Shown here: piece after piece, positions 12,441 to 26,749 of the stretch
Numbering within the stretch: the first letter of the stretch is position 1
Layout of the letters: each line of letters opens with the position of its first letter
Source: Octopus sinensis
Lineage: Eukaryota
Reading direction: 5' to 3'
Assembly (NCBI RefSeq): GCF_006345805.1
Contig: NC_043015.1
Span: 23,932,001-23,996,000, forward strand
DNA: 64,000 bases
Notes under the pieces: generated by a model
Told to the model about the DNA's origin: nothing
The model's database searches: none
What the model saw: the letters and a program-made list of their open reading frames with translations, nothing else
Translations under genes and position numbers: made by a program

Positions 12441-14406
12441 CATTACAAAAACTGCATAGTGTATTTCTTTTTGTTCTATAAGCTATCCCAGAATTATTTG
12501 ACTCCCTTAGAGTATTCTGCTCTGTTTCTTTATGCCGTTCTATGCAAAACGTTTTGGCTAATCTCGCTGTAAAATACTTCATTTTTCATTCAAACAACTT
12601 GTTCTCCTACACGCCCCCGACATCTTTATACGTGTTAACCAGTGTGCTTAAAATTTTCCTTTTTTTAGAAAGATTTTTCTTTTTTTTTTCTTCGACATAT
12701 TTTTAAAAATATTTCAATTATTATTATGATAACATCGCTTTCCATTTTTTATGTAAATATCTTATATTTCATAATTAAAGATATTTTCTTGAATATTTTC
12801 TCTCCATTATTTCAAATAATGTTGTTAGTCTTCTGATAATTAACATAATTTCTGATTTAGTCTAAATGTAAGCAATTTTAATGGTGAGTATAAATGGATA
12901 TCATCGACTCGGGTATATAATCTTGTCTTAATCACATGGGGTGCTGTGTTACCCGCCAAATTTTTGAAGTGTTCGTAATTCCTATTAGACAACATCTTTA
13001 TTTTGCTCCTTCTCACTACTCTCCTGACTCACTGACGATGCGTAATAAAGAGGGTAGTGCAGTTTAGGCTCGAGTGTCGTGGGAGGCAAACGTTGCTTTA
13101 TCTTTAGCCGGTGGAGAATCACAGTAAATGGTAATGGCTATATAACGAGCTGACATTGATGTTTCCCTCCATTTCAATTCATGCATACTTTTTATTGCTC
13201 CTGGAGGAATTCATTGATCCTGGAGGAATTAATGTCGAAGTCGATCTCGACTGTATTTGAAGTTAGAACATAAAGATCCAGTAGAGATATAGGCCGTTAC
13301 CAGCATCCACGACACCGGTTCTAGACTGGTTGTTCATAGTATTTTATCCATCCTGGAGATACAAAATGCAAAGCAAAACTTCGCAGAGGTTCACGCTGCT
13401 TTTTGTTCCTTGCAGTCGATAAAATATTCTATTAAGGTCGCTGACTTCTGGAGGTCCTTGGAATATTGCAGTCCATGAAAGTGAGAATCCTGGCGTTGTG
13501 CATAAATTTGAAAGACCTGCTAACATAATCGATGCCATTGTTTTTGCTATCCTTTATGTTCTTGTCGCTATTTTGATGGGTTTATGGCCGACATATGTTA
13601 GCTAATGATGCGTTGATAGCAATGATGTTGCTGCTGATGATAGTGAAGTTAGGATATTTACGGAGGTAGAAATGAAGATAGAGAATGAGATCATGATGAG
13701 AGAGTCGATGATGATGACGACGACGACGATGATGATGAAGATGATGAGGAACAGGAGGATAATGATGATGGTGATGACGAGGATGATGATGATGAGGAGG
13801 AGGAGAAGAAGTGGAGCTGGAGGAGGAAGAAGAGAAGGAGCAAGGAAAAGAGACACATGGAAGGGGGGGATGATGAGGATGATGATGATGATGATCATGA
13901 CGACGACGAAAGAGACGGTGACGATGAAGACGATCATAACTATAAGTAGGAGTCGAACGAGGTGGAGGAGGACCATGACGATGACGATGATGACGACGAC
14001 GATTTTGCCTCCGCTACTGCTGCTGATAATGGTTTGTGGTTGAAGTTGTCGTTGCTTTAGTTGTGAAACTGTTCAATACCTAAATTGATTTTGCGGTGAT
14101 CATGTATTGATGTTGCCGTTATTGTTGGCGAAATTTACTTGCCATAATTTTTTAAACGAACATCAAATAATTTGATAGCCCATTTTTTTTCTCATCTAGA
14201 ATTTTCTAATTTCTATATGTATATTAAACAATCCTTTGAAGTTGATGAATAAAACCATTTTATTACATAAAAAGGAAACCACGCACTGACACATCGCACG
14301 TATATACACAAACACACGTATATTTGCAACTGAGGAACAATTTTATTTACATGCCGGTGCATACATTCCGAAACATATCTAGGTGTGAATATATGTTTAC
14401 ATGAAT

Positions 14407-14464
<58 letters not shown>

Positions 14465-14599
14465 ATGTCTTTATGTGTATATATATTCACATATAGCTAT
14501 ATTATATATATATATGTATGTATATATATATGCATCTATATGGTTATATACACATATGTTTGTATGCATATATGCTTTCGTGTGTGTGTTAATGCTAAA

Positions 14600-14648
<49 letters not shown>

Positions 14649-17139
14649 ATATAATATATATTCTGATATGTATTAAAATAGTATCATACACATATGTATT
14701 TGTGCGTGTGTGTGTGTATTGTAAAAATAAAAAGAGAAGGAGAATAAGAGATCAAGTGTGAGACATAAAGGAGAAGGAGAAATTCATACACTCGTACATA
14801 CATATATAGAGAAAGTTTAATAGATAGGTATGTAGATAGAGAAACTATTCATTATTATATGATTTCTTAATGCAAAATTTTATAAATTTAGAAAAAAAAG
14901 ATTAATTTAATTTATATTTCTGAACAAACACTCCCGTTGTGAAAATTCGAAAACATAAGTAAATAAAGAAAACATAATTGAAGAAAAGTAACGCATTGTA
15001 CATATATGTATGTATAATGATGCATTCATATATATATATATATATATATACATATACGTTTATATATGCATGCATGTATATTTGAGTTGCAACCTCCTAC
15101 CCACGTTTATATAGCATATTAAAATACCATTAACAGGAGCTTATCAAGCCCATACTCGAATAGAGAAATATCTGGAAATGCTACCCTATACCGCTAGAAA
15201 GCCTTAACAAGTAAAAGTTCCTAACAGCCAACTGAAATACAGCCCAATGCACATCACTCGTAAGAAATGAAAAGAATGCTGTGTTTAACCTCACCCTATA
15301 CCTTAACGATGTACCAAAATATTCCTAAGTAATTAAATATGTAGTTTTTCGCCACTCAACTAGGAATATTTCAGTAAGTGGAATTTCAGATATACACTTT
15401 CAAGTCATTTGAATGAAACATTTCTATCAGATTACTATAAGGATAGCATACAGAATCGGCATTCGAAACATTAATTAAAACCGAACTTCTGGTAGACCGG
15501 GAACACTGTTGAAGTTGGACCGATTTATTCGCGGGTAGATGTAATTGTAATGCCACCTCCTTTACAAAGTACATTTAGTTTCTATGAGACAAAGAGAAAA
15601 AGAAGCGGCGATATATCTCCCGTGATATACATATACACATGCATACATACATACATACATACATACATACATACATACATACATACATACATACATACAT
15701 ACATACATACATACATACATACATACATACATTCATACATACATATGAAAAAGAACGGATTAAGGATTAGGATAGATACACTGTCAGTTTTATGCGATTG
15801 AAAGCTGAGTTCTTTGACGACAACAGACTAAGTCTCGAATGAAATAGAAAAGAAAAACTTACTCCGTGTGTCTACAAGTAAAGAAATTGAATATTGCAGG
15901 CTTCAAACACATTCCTGCAGCTGAGTATTTGTAACTTAGTGAACCCTGAGTGAACTTTGAGCCGGTTCAGGACTAGCAAGTTATATGGGATTATGCTGAT
16001 CTTTAATTCAGCTGCTGACATCAACAACTGAAATCCTCTCACACATTCTCACCGCGTTAAGAAAGAGATATTCTTTGTTTACGATGTGATATAACCATGC
16101 TTATTAAACACCCAGATGAAATCAAGCCAAAGTGAAACGCAATAATAACATTTCTTTTTTTGTTTCTTTTATTGTTCGATATTTCCACTCTTTACATTGT
16201 GCTCACGTGGTCTCTAATAACAACAGAAGACGAGCTTCTGACACAATTGTCGACAAGTGCACATTTTATATTACAGAGTTTGACTGATTATTCACAGCAG
16301 AAGAAACTAAACAATTAAATATAATGGCATCCACTCTTATGTACCAAGTAATTTTCTCGTATACGATATCACCAATTTTATACATATACGTGTAGATATA
16401 TGTGTGTGAATGCATGTATTATATATATATATATATATATATGAGCGTTTAAATATATATGCACCTCTTTAGGAGCGTTTATATATTTATATATGTATAA
16501 ACATATGCAATATAGACATGTATATACATATATATATATATGTGTGTATGTATGTATGTATGTGTGTATGTATGTATGTATGTATGTATGTATACCTGTA
16601 TACATATATACATGTATGTCTGTATATGTAATAGATCTCAAATTTCCTGGCTTAAAACGTAAGTAATATATAAGCTGGCAACGATATGTATACGAGAATA
16701 ACGATTTTTAGTTTGGCGCATCATCACACATTTTCCATTAAGTCAAGGAAGACATTTCAAGTTTTAGTCCATTAAATACCCATCTAGCGTAAACACTTCG
16801 TTAATATATTCCTCACCCAAAGGAATGGGCATATTTAGATCGTCGCAGGCATGATTCCACCAAGAAACCCAATATGGCGTACTAAATATGAAGTCGATAC
16901 TGGTGCCGGTTAATGAAATCGACTAATCCAATATGAAATATAAGCTTGGCTTGTTTGGTAAGTGTCCCATTGCGTGGGACTTTGAGCGCATGTGTTCTAA
17001 TATACTCAGTGGCTGATTAATGCTTTATTAATGAATTTGCTAGACGGAAACTCTTTAGCATTCCGACGTGTATATGAATATATATATATGTGTGTGAATA
17101 TGTGTGTGTGTTAGTGTATGTGTGTCCGCATGTTTGTGT

Positions 17140-17179
<40 letters not shown>

Positions 17180-17447
17180 ACATACTTTGTATCTTTGTGT
17201 GTTCGGGTATCTTTCCCTCACTGCTAGACAACCGGTGCTGGTTTATCAACGGCCAGCAACGTAGCGGTTGATCAAAAGAAAACAATAGAATAAGTGTCAG
17301 ACTTTAAAACATTAGTATTTTGGTATGATCTAGTTTGAGTAAATCCTTCAAAGAATTGACCCAGCATGGCCACAGTGCAGTAATTTAAACACATGAATGC
17401 TAATTGGAGATTTGCTCTCTCATGTGAAGGAAATACCACGATGATTA

Positions 17448-19339
17448 CACTGGCCAACACGATTTTTGGTACCAAGAAACAAAACACGTTTTGATAATGC
17501 TGATTCCGAAAATAACCATAGTTTTTCATAATTAGCTTTTTGCTGTATTGAAATTGCTCATTTTTGGAAAAAAAGATCAATTTTTACGATCTTGGCTGAC
17601 CGCAAAAATTAGTTTAAAAAGGTAGTAGAAATCCATGAATTTTCAGGTAGGCCGAGCAATTTATGTCAGCCATCTGAAATAAAATGTTTTTATAAGAAAA
17701 AAGTGTTTTTTAGTCAAAACTTTTAGATGTACCGAATTTTTCTAATATATTGCCAAAATTCAAATTAACTGATAAACTTTATCAGCAATACACATTAGTA
17801 AACCTGATAAATTAAGGTGACCTAAAAAAATTAAACCCTAAAATCTTCTGTTTGATATTCATAAATTTATCCCATCACCTTAAGAGATTTTGTTTACACA
17901 AGTGGAAAAATAACTCCAACTAAAGACATTCCAACTGAATGTCTTTAGTACTATTCCATTGTACTATTCCATTGTACTATCATGTACTATTCCATTGTAC
18001 ATGATGAACATCATGAAAATGGTTTCACCATAACATCTGCCGTCCACGCGGGATTACGAAGATACGAATTAGAATCGGTATAACAACTCTTTCCATCTGT
18101 TGTTATTCACCGTCTTTTACGAGTCTTTGCGTAGGACATTAGGAAAGGTCAGATTTCCTAAATGTGAACACGCAGAGTGTAATGGAAATGCTCAACCAGC
18201 TCATGTTCGTTTTTAATCGTAGAGATAAATATCAAATGACATGGCTTCAACGAGCGGATGGAAAAATGATTCCAACTTATTTTGCTATATATGCGGTGAT
18301 TTCTCACCGAAAGCCATCAGGAAACCGATATGTGACTTTTACAAGAAAGTCTATCGCGCTTACTTTCACGTCAAGTTTGGTGATCAGGAAAATCATGGGC
18401 TCCTCACATTGTTTGCAAGACATGTTTGGAACACATGAGACAGTAAACTTCAGGTACCCGAAAATCGCAGAGATTCGCAATTCCTATGATCTGGCGTGAA
18501 CCAAAGAACCCCTCTGACGAATGTTACTTCTTCTCAGTCAGTGTTGCGGGACTGAACCAAAAGAAACACATATCTATCGACTATCCTAGTTTTCATTCAG
18601 CTATTCGACAACTGCCGCATTCAGAAGATTTGCCAATCTCAGTTTTTCACGAAAAGTTTTTGAAACTTGTTGAAAGTGTGATACTGATGTTAATGAGAGA
18701 CACAGCGTAAACGATCCTGCCTATATTCCCGAAACTGCCAGAGCTGGTTAAGGAAAATTAGCTGAATGGTTTGGTTTGAGACTTAAATCGAAGCAAAGAA
18801 TCAGCAGAACTGTTGGCCTCTTGGCTCAACGAAAACTACCTGTCAGCAAAAGGCACAAAAGTAATATTCTATCGAAAAGGGATGAGAACACGGATCTTAT
18901 TCATTGCAATGACGTTCAGATCGTTCTTCTTCGACTCCAAGTCCACAAATACGGTCCTGATGAATGGAGATTGGTCACCGATAGTTCAAAACGTAGTTTG
19001 AAATGTGTTTTGTTCCACAATACCAATACATCTAGGTCATTCAACAACACTGAAAGAAAAACATGATGCCATCAAACACGTTATGGAACAGATTGACTAC
19101 ATCAAACATAAATGGTTGTTATGTGTCGATTTTAAGAAATATAGAAAACAAATGAATATATAGAAAACAAATGAAAAAAAATGCCTCTTTTTCCAAAAAT
19201 GAGGCATTTCCGTACAACAAAAACAGTAGCTAACCTAGAAAAAGTAAGGTCATTTTCAGATTCAGTGCTCTCAAATTAGCTAAAAAAGGATGTTTCGTGT
19301 CTCGACACCATATCAAAAGGTCTTTTTTGTTGACCAGTG
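17448..19339 (+). mobile_element. Chapaev-like (CMC superfamily) DNA transposon, internally deleted and frameshifted, with both termini present
   Basis: The left end is CACTGGCCAAC and the right end reverse-complements to CACTGGTCAAC. There is a subterminal match (CTGATTCCGAAAATAACC vs CTGAATCTGAAAATGACC), and the flanks are TTA and TCA. Transposase pieces: FCYICG, GDQ..SWAPHIVCKTC, PMIWREPKN..DECYF, SAELLAS.L, EWRLVTDSSKRSLKCVLFHN, KW..CVDFK. The family name is from recalled motifs, not a search. Confidence 0.75.
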
Positions 19340-19597
19340 TCATTTTCTGATTTGAGCATAACATTTGCTATCATGTTTAAATAATTAGGAATTTAGAATT
19401 CCAAGAACTTAGAATTCCATCTCCGTTGATTCATTTTCCTTTACATCACGTAGCGTCTTTGTCAGGTATCAATTACCAAAACCACAGTTCGGCAAATGCG
19501 TTGTATCTTCAATACGGTCCTTCTAAAATGTGCTGAAGCCTTTCCTATTAAAGTCTGTCTCCCACAAAATTACTTCTCTGATTTACATGCAGTGGCT

Positions 19598-20120
19598 TCC
19601 ATAAATAACGACAACTGGAATTTGTATATTTTTTGGCAACACTGATCAGCTTAAGTATGAACCGGTTTACTTTACAGGTTTTTCCAAATTTAATCTATTC
19701 ACGTGACTATTTTAGTTATAAAGCGAGTGGCATTCTATGTTTCATGAAATTGAGACTCATTAATTTTTCTGATTCCAAATTTAGTTAAAATATAAACGCC
19801 TTGCGAATGTGATTTAAATGTTTTTTCTAATCTACATTCAAAAGTTTAAGAATCATTACGCTAATTAATTAAGACGTTTATAAATATTCAATAAAATTAA
19901 AAGTTTAAATTCGAGGTATGACATCCTCCTTGACATTTATATTCATAAGCATCGCAATGTATTCTTCACGCTGGAAGGAAACACGTGACAAAGATGAAAA
20001 CGTTATGTAAATTGGCTGCCCTCTATGAAGATGTGTATACACACATATACACACATATACAATTGATAGATAGCTACATGGAATGATGGCTAACTAGCTA
20101 GCAAGATAGATAGATAGATA
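19598..20120 (+). repeat. 523-bp direct repeat, copy 1 (copy 2 at 23788-24310)
   Basis: Constant offset of 4190 bp; four substitutions seen by eye. Confidence 0.93.
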
Positions 20121-20207
20121 CATACATACATACATGCATACATACATACATACATACATACGTACATAGACAGACAGATAAATAGATAGATAGATAGATA
20201 GATAGAT

Positions 20208-20244
<37 letters not shown>

Positions 20245-20271
20245 TAGATAGATAGATAGATAGATAGATAT

Positions 20272-20870
20272 GTTTCTTTATTAGCCACACAGGGCTGCAC
20301 ACAGATAGAACAAATTACAAGGTAGAGCTTTTCTTTTGAAGGTTTAAAAAAAAAAGGGAAGGGGGAGTTTCGATCAAAAGGGATCGTAAAAGGAGAGAAA
20401 GAGGACAAAAAAAGGGGGGTTAAAAAAAGGGGGGAGAGGAAAAAAAAATTGATCAATAGGGATCGTTATCACAGAAATGTCAATATGAAGTGTAAAGTGG
20501 AGGACAGGTGAGGTTTACCCGTGGAAAGAAAAGCCTACGGAAAAGACCACGGGAACCTCGGTCAATGGAGTCACATGTTATATTTCTTTTTTTTTTTTTT
20601 GCAAATAAGCAACTCTCTGTTTTCAATTTCTGGGTTCATAGGATCATGCTCAAGGTGGCTTCGTCATTCATACGTGCCATTCTTGCTACATTCACCCATC
20701 TTTTTTTAAAACATTCGCTAGACAAAACTTGCCTCTCTACTCTCACTTTCCTTTTCAAGTGGTACTTGAAGAAGTTCATGAGAGATTGACCAGAGAGGAA
20801 AGTGTTTGTCTCCAATCCTTTCAGACGCGTCCACCAGATACATTCTTTCGCCATAGCCACAAGGATGATG
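20272..20870 (-). mobile_element. 5'-truncated L1/Tx1-like LINE 3' end embedded in (GATA)n
   Basis: ORF 20636-20860 (AKECIWWTR...FFKYHLKRKVRVER...FKKRW) has the L1/Tx1 ORF2 C-terminal pattern. It is followed by the 3' UTR ending aataaagaaa and a (TATC)n tail, with GATA tracts on both sides. Confidence 0.75.
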
Positions 20871-20939
<69 letters not shown>

Positions 20940-21009
20940 TTCTGAGAGAAAAATTATCAAAACATCTATTGGACGAGACTTATAAAAAAAGATAAAAAAG
21001 GTAAAGACC

Positions 21010-21318
21010 ACCTCCTGTCATGAATGACCTTGCAATTGCACCTAGAAATTCTCCTCCGGGGTACAAGTCTGGACAAGATTGTTTAGGGAAGACCCATGCA
21101 TACCAAACTCATCGCTGCATGCCACTGACGTTACCCAGGGAAGACAAAGGCCGATAGAGCTTGGCAGTAGTGACGTCACATTTGTATAGCTGAGTGAACT
21201 TGAGCAACATGAAATAATGTGTCTTGCTCAAGAAAACAACACACAGCCCGGTCAAGGAATCGAACTCACTACCTCATGATTGTGAGCCGGACGTTATAAC
21301 CACGAAGAGACACGTCCA
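21010..21318 (-). mobile_element. tRNA-derived SINE (second family)
   Basis: The minus-strand head ggacgtgtctcttcgtggttataacgtccggctcacaatcatgaggtagtgagttcgattcc contains A-box-like and B-box (GTTCGATTCC) motifs. Confidence 0.65.
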
Positions 21319-22804
21319 AATAAACATCAGTGGTTAAAGTCTAACATAATTTAATTCCAGAGTACGAAGGTTACACGTATCCCTGTCTTTATATAACAGC
21401 ATACGATTTAATTTGCTAAATTTCATAGAAATTATAATACCTTGCAAAATTATCACACTTATATTCCAATCCAAAATTTCATCCAAGTACAAGGATTCGT
21501 CTTCAGTGTTACAAAAACCCGAATCCTTCATCAGTTACACACACTCAAAAGTTTCTAGCAGCAGCGTCTCTTTTGACTGTTATTTACATATATAGAAAAC
21601 ATTTTGGATTATAGGCAAATATTTATAAATACACCGACAGACATAATTCGTCCATCTGTAATATCTACATGTACTACAAAGGCATCTGCTGCACTGAACT
21701 TACAGCTAATATATGCCATCCAGTGTAGATTACGATGAGATTTCATGGTCATCACCTCACGCGATAGTAAGTGCAACCGATATTTCAAAGTACACTCCGA
21801 CATCCTGTAACTTATAAAGAGATGGTAGTATAGTCACAACTTGTATGATTTTCCTCAGTGCTGACGTGAACCTGATAGTAATTCATCAAACAATTGCAGT
21901 ATAATTACACAAATATATATTTATTTACTCCGACTTGTTATTCTCTATTCACGAAACCCCTCTTTAATGAACAGAGAAATCTGAAGATTGATGGCAGCTG
22001 AAGTTTTTTGCTAATCATCAAAAAAGAACAAAAAAATATCGGTGGCTGCCTGAAGCGTTCATCTCACTAATTAATATAAGACATAGATCTTCATTAATAT
22101 AGTGATGACTTCACCGTTAGACAATTATACAGCACTTTAGAGTTAGCACCACTCAGTACTATTATACATTTAAACGGAAATATTCTAATATAAATATATT
22201 GTATAATTATATTATGCAATCGAATCCATTTACACTATAGTGTTAGTGTATCAGAGTACTTTCAATTATTCAAGTGTACTACTTGGTATGACTAAAAACG
22301 TAATTCAGCACAACCAATGAAATATACGAGTTTCATTGGTAAGAGGAAAGCTCTAATTTCATTATTGTTACGTTGGACATAAACGTACGATAAATCACAT
22401 CGGTTGACGATGCATTTACAACATGGAACCATTGCATTACATTATAATAGCGAACAGATAACATTAATAAAATAACATTAGGAAAGCATTAGCTGGGAAG
22501 ATCACCATCGTATATAATATTCTACGATCAAAAGAAAAAGGTCATCCATTGGAGATATCTTGAAAGCAACATCGAACACACAAAATTAATACAAAGCTAC
22601 CTCATCCGTGTAATAAACTTAAAACTGATGGTAGTCGCTGAAAGTAATATTCGTTTAACAGTTAAATGCATTTGGTGATGCATATTTCATCAGTTACAGC
22701 TTGCTTCTTATGTTGCTTTACTGCCTGATACGAAAACGCAGTAACAGAGAAATAAATTTACTACTAATCACACTTCATTTAGAAGGGTGATCCAGAACAG
22801 TTGA

Positions 22805-23245
<441 letters not shown>

Positions 23246-23787
23246 GAATACCAGAATAATAGCTGTTGAAATATGGTATTCAATATTAAACGGATAGAGT
23301 GAAAAAGGAAATATGAAACGGCATTAATAAGACATAAGGGTTCATCTTGAAAAGCCGGGCTTTTAAAGAAGCTTGTTTGAAAGCATGCTATACGTACAAC
23401 ATATATACAAATGTACACACAAAATGCAATATACGAGTGTTATGTGCATATATATACATATATCTATATATTTTGTGTATATATGTATATACGTATATAC
23501 ATATACCTACACGCACACGCACACACACTCATGTATACATAACCCGACGTCCGCCAAAATAAATTTTGTGTCAAGCTAAGTTTGAATCAAAAACTGAATG
23601 TGATACAAGGTCGCTATACAATAGGAGAGAAAGAAGATGCAGAAATAGAAAAGGAGGGAGGGAGAAACAAATGCCAGAGTGTGGTGTTATAGTATGTTTG
23701 TGTGTGAAATGAGTGAATATTCTAAAAAGGACGTAGAACAATTTTGTTGGTGATGACAACTAATACCTGTCTGCTATTTATTTGTCA

Positions 23788-24310
23788 TCCATAAATAACG
23801 ACAACTGGAATTTGTATATTTTTTGGCAACACTGATCAGCTTAAGTATGAACCGGTTTACTTTACAGGTTTTTCCAAATTTAATCTATTCACGTGACTAT
23901 TTTAGTTATAAAGCGAGAGGCATTCTATGTTTCATGAAATTGAGACTCGTTAATTTTTCTGATTCCAAATTTAGTTAAAATATAAACGCCTTGCGAATGT
24001 GATTTAAATGTTTTTTCTAATCTACATTCAAAAGTTTAAGAATCATTACGCTAATTAATTAAGACGTTTATAAATATTCAATAAAATTAAAAGTTTAAAT
24101 TCGAAGTATGACATCCTCTTTGACATTTATATTCATAAGCATCGCAATGTATTCTTCACGCTGGAAGGAAACACGTGACAAAGATGAAAACGTTATGTAA
24201 ATTGGCTGCCCTCTATGAAGATGTGTATACACACATATACACACATATACAATTGATAGATAGCTACATGGAATGATGGCTAACTAGCTAGCAAGATAGA
24301 TAGATAGATA
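23788..24310 (+). repeat. 523-bp direct repeat, copy 2
   Basis: Matches 19598-20120. Confidence 0.93.
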
Positions 24311-24349
24311 GATATAGATAGATAGATGGACAGACAGACAGACAGACAT

Positions 24350-24430
<81 letters not shown>

Positions 24431-24431
<1 letters not shown>

Positions 24432-24950
24432 TTCTTTATTGGTCACGCAGAGCTGAACACAGAAGAGACAAAATAGAAAGTAGAGCTTTTCTTTTGGGGA
24501 AGAAGAAAAGGAAAAAAAGGGGGTCGAATTCCGATCAAAAGGGATCGGGAAAGAATCAGTGGGGTCGATAAATAGGGATTGTGTATCACAGAAATGTCGA
24601 TGTAAAAAGGGAAAACAGATTAGGTTTGCCCGTGGATAGAAAAGACCACGGGAAATTTGGGCAATAGTGTCATGCAAAAAGAAAACACATTAGAGTAAGT
24701 GGCTCTCTTTTTTTCATTCGTTTTTTTTTTTACCTTTAGGTTCACAGGATTATACTCAAGCTGGCTCCATCATTCATAAGTTCTCGGTTTCGATATACAG
24801 GGAACCGCAAGAAAAGCTTGCGTTCGCCATTCTTGGGAAACGTTCCAATAACAAAAGAACGTTGTGTGCATCGATGATGGTAATAAGGGAGGAAACAATA
24901 AACCATAAGGTACTTGAAATGTTTGCTTAATTTCACCTGCACAAAACAAT
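24431..24950 (-). mobile_element. 5'-truncated L1/Tx1-like LINE 3' end with a (TATC)n tail, diverged from the 20272 copy
   Basis: ORF 24742-24942 ends MNDGASLSIIL, against MNDEATLSMIL in the 20272 copy. The 3' UTR is related but clearly diverged. Confidence 0.7.
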
Positions 24951-25620
24951 GGCTCTTTAAATCATGGGAGATTCTTCTTTCGCATCGCGTAGAAAGTGGG
25001 AAAAGAAAAAAGTATTGTCTTTTGTATAATGCTTGTTTTTAATGAATTAACAATCGACAGAGTAGAGTCAGTGTCGACTAGAATTAAATTAGAAGACGCA
25101 AAACAGTAAACAACATCAACCACGCGAACATCAATATCACCAATTATGAACACAAACAGCAGCGAAAGCAGTACCAACAACAACAACAACACGTATAGCC
25201 GCAGCAGCAACAATAAAACCAACAGAAACAATAAAGCATAAAACAATATGACTTGAGTGAATTTAACAAAACTTTGAGCATATTTTGATTAGAAAGATAT
25301 ATGTATTTGCGTAAAATAACAAACATATTTCAAATATTTAATTTATGAAGCCAGCGTTCACGTCAAGGCAATATGTGAACATATATGAGATGGAAATAAT
25401 GTAAACGTGTCTGATTTATGGTTTAAAAATTCAACCAAGTTTGTTTGGTTCTGAATCAAGTGGAAGGTTAAAAGAACAGCGCCTGCCTACGTATCTAATT
25501 TCAAACTGCTGGTAATTTTGTGCAAAGCACAAAAGGTCAGCCATATAAATGAAGACACTGGGAACATATATGAGTTATACGCGCGGGCGCACACGCGTAC
25601 TTGAAGTATATGCCTATAGA

Positions 25621-25665
<45 letters not shown>

Positions 25666-26749
25666 TATATATATATGTATGTGTGTTTGTTTGTGTGTAT
25701 GTGTGTACGTATATTATATATATATATATATGTATGTATCTATGTATGTATAAGGTTATGTACAAGTGGGTATGTAACAAAATATGTGTGTATTTCGCCC
25801 ATACACACATATAAGTATTTGTTGGTTATACATACGTACATGCTTTCCGGAATTAATTCATTAACACAAACACATACACATTTATATGTCTATATATTTG
25901 TGGGTGTATAACAACGTATTTATATACTATTCGTTTATATCTTGATATGTGTGTGTGTGCCTGTGTGTGTTTCTGCACATTCTTACAATCATATGTAAGT
26001 ACATACAAGCTCACATGCTTGTATACACACATACATATTTACATACATAAACACATACACACATGCACACATGCACATATACATACATACATACACACAT
26101 GCACATATCCATACAAACATACATACATGTAGATGTAGCTGTTTGTATTAGTTATGGCAAAATGCCCGATATTTGTTATTTTCCATTTAGGTCAGAAGAC
26201 AAAACGCCGAAAGTTGAAACCTACCCGAAATTATTTAGATGTAATTCAAGCTTATCAAGAAGTCTTCCATTGTACCAAACTAATGCAAACGGAATTCCAT
26301 ACACTAACAAATATGTATGAATTCCTTTTCTACATTCATATATGTATGTATTATTCCTTATAAACTGAATTTCCCTGTCAAGACGTTACATACACACTCA
26401 CCTTTTCTCTATTGACGGAATAATCAGTGTACGGACATACTAACATATCATTAGGGATATCCTAGAAACAGCAGTAAGGCTTCAAATTAGCCCTAATCTA
26501 ATTACTTGAAATATTTGTCCTGCCTTTGTATTGTTGACCTTTTCCTCTTATATATACCTGCTAATACGGAAGCCTAATGCGGATCCCTAGCTTCGAATGT
26601 GAATTTGGAACATAACAGATGACCAATTATAGCACTTACTCAGCATACCTTTTGGTTTAGATCACTAGTGAATTAAACCCCTCATATTCTATATATATAT
26701 ATATATATTATATATATATATATATATATAATATATATATATATATATA

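Noticed and set aside
13320-13600. Non-repetitive stretch with an acceptor-like ttccttgcag and a hydrophobic short frame
   Set aside because: All three frames after the AG hit a stop within about 20 codons, and no homology is recognisable.
19598-20120. Helitron interpretation of the 523-bp duplicated block (starts TC, has CTAG near its end)
   Set aside because: No 3' hairpin, CTAG is not followed by T, and only one copy has the A before TC.
21486-21535. Minus-strand CTGATGA followed by a perfect AGGATTCG/CGAATCCT stem
   Set aside because: The stem is followed by TGTAC rather than GAAA, and no stem I or III forms, so it is not a hammerhead.
21980-22030. CTGAAGA with a TTGATG/CATCAA stem
   Set aside because: G12 is missing and there is no stem I.
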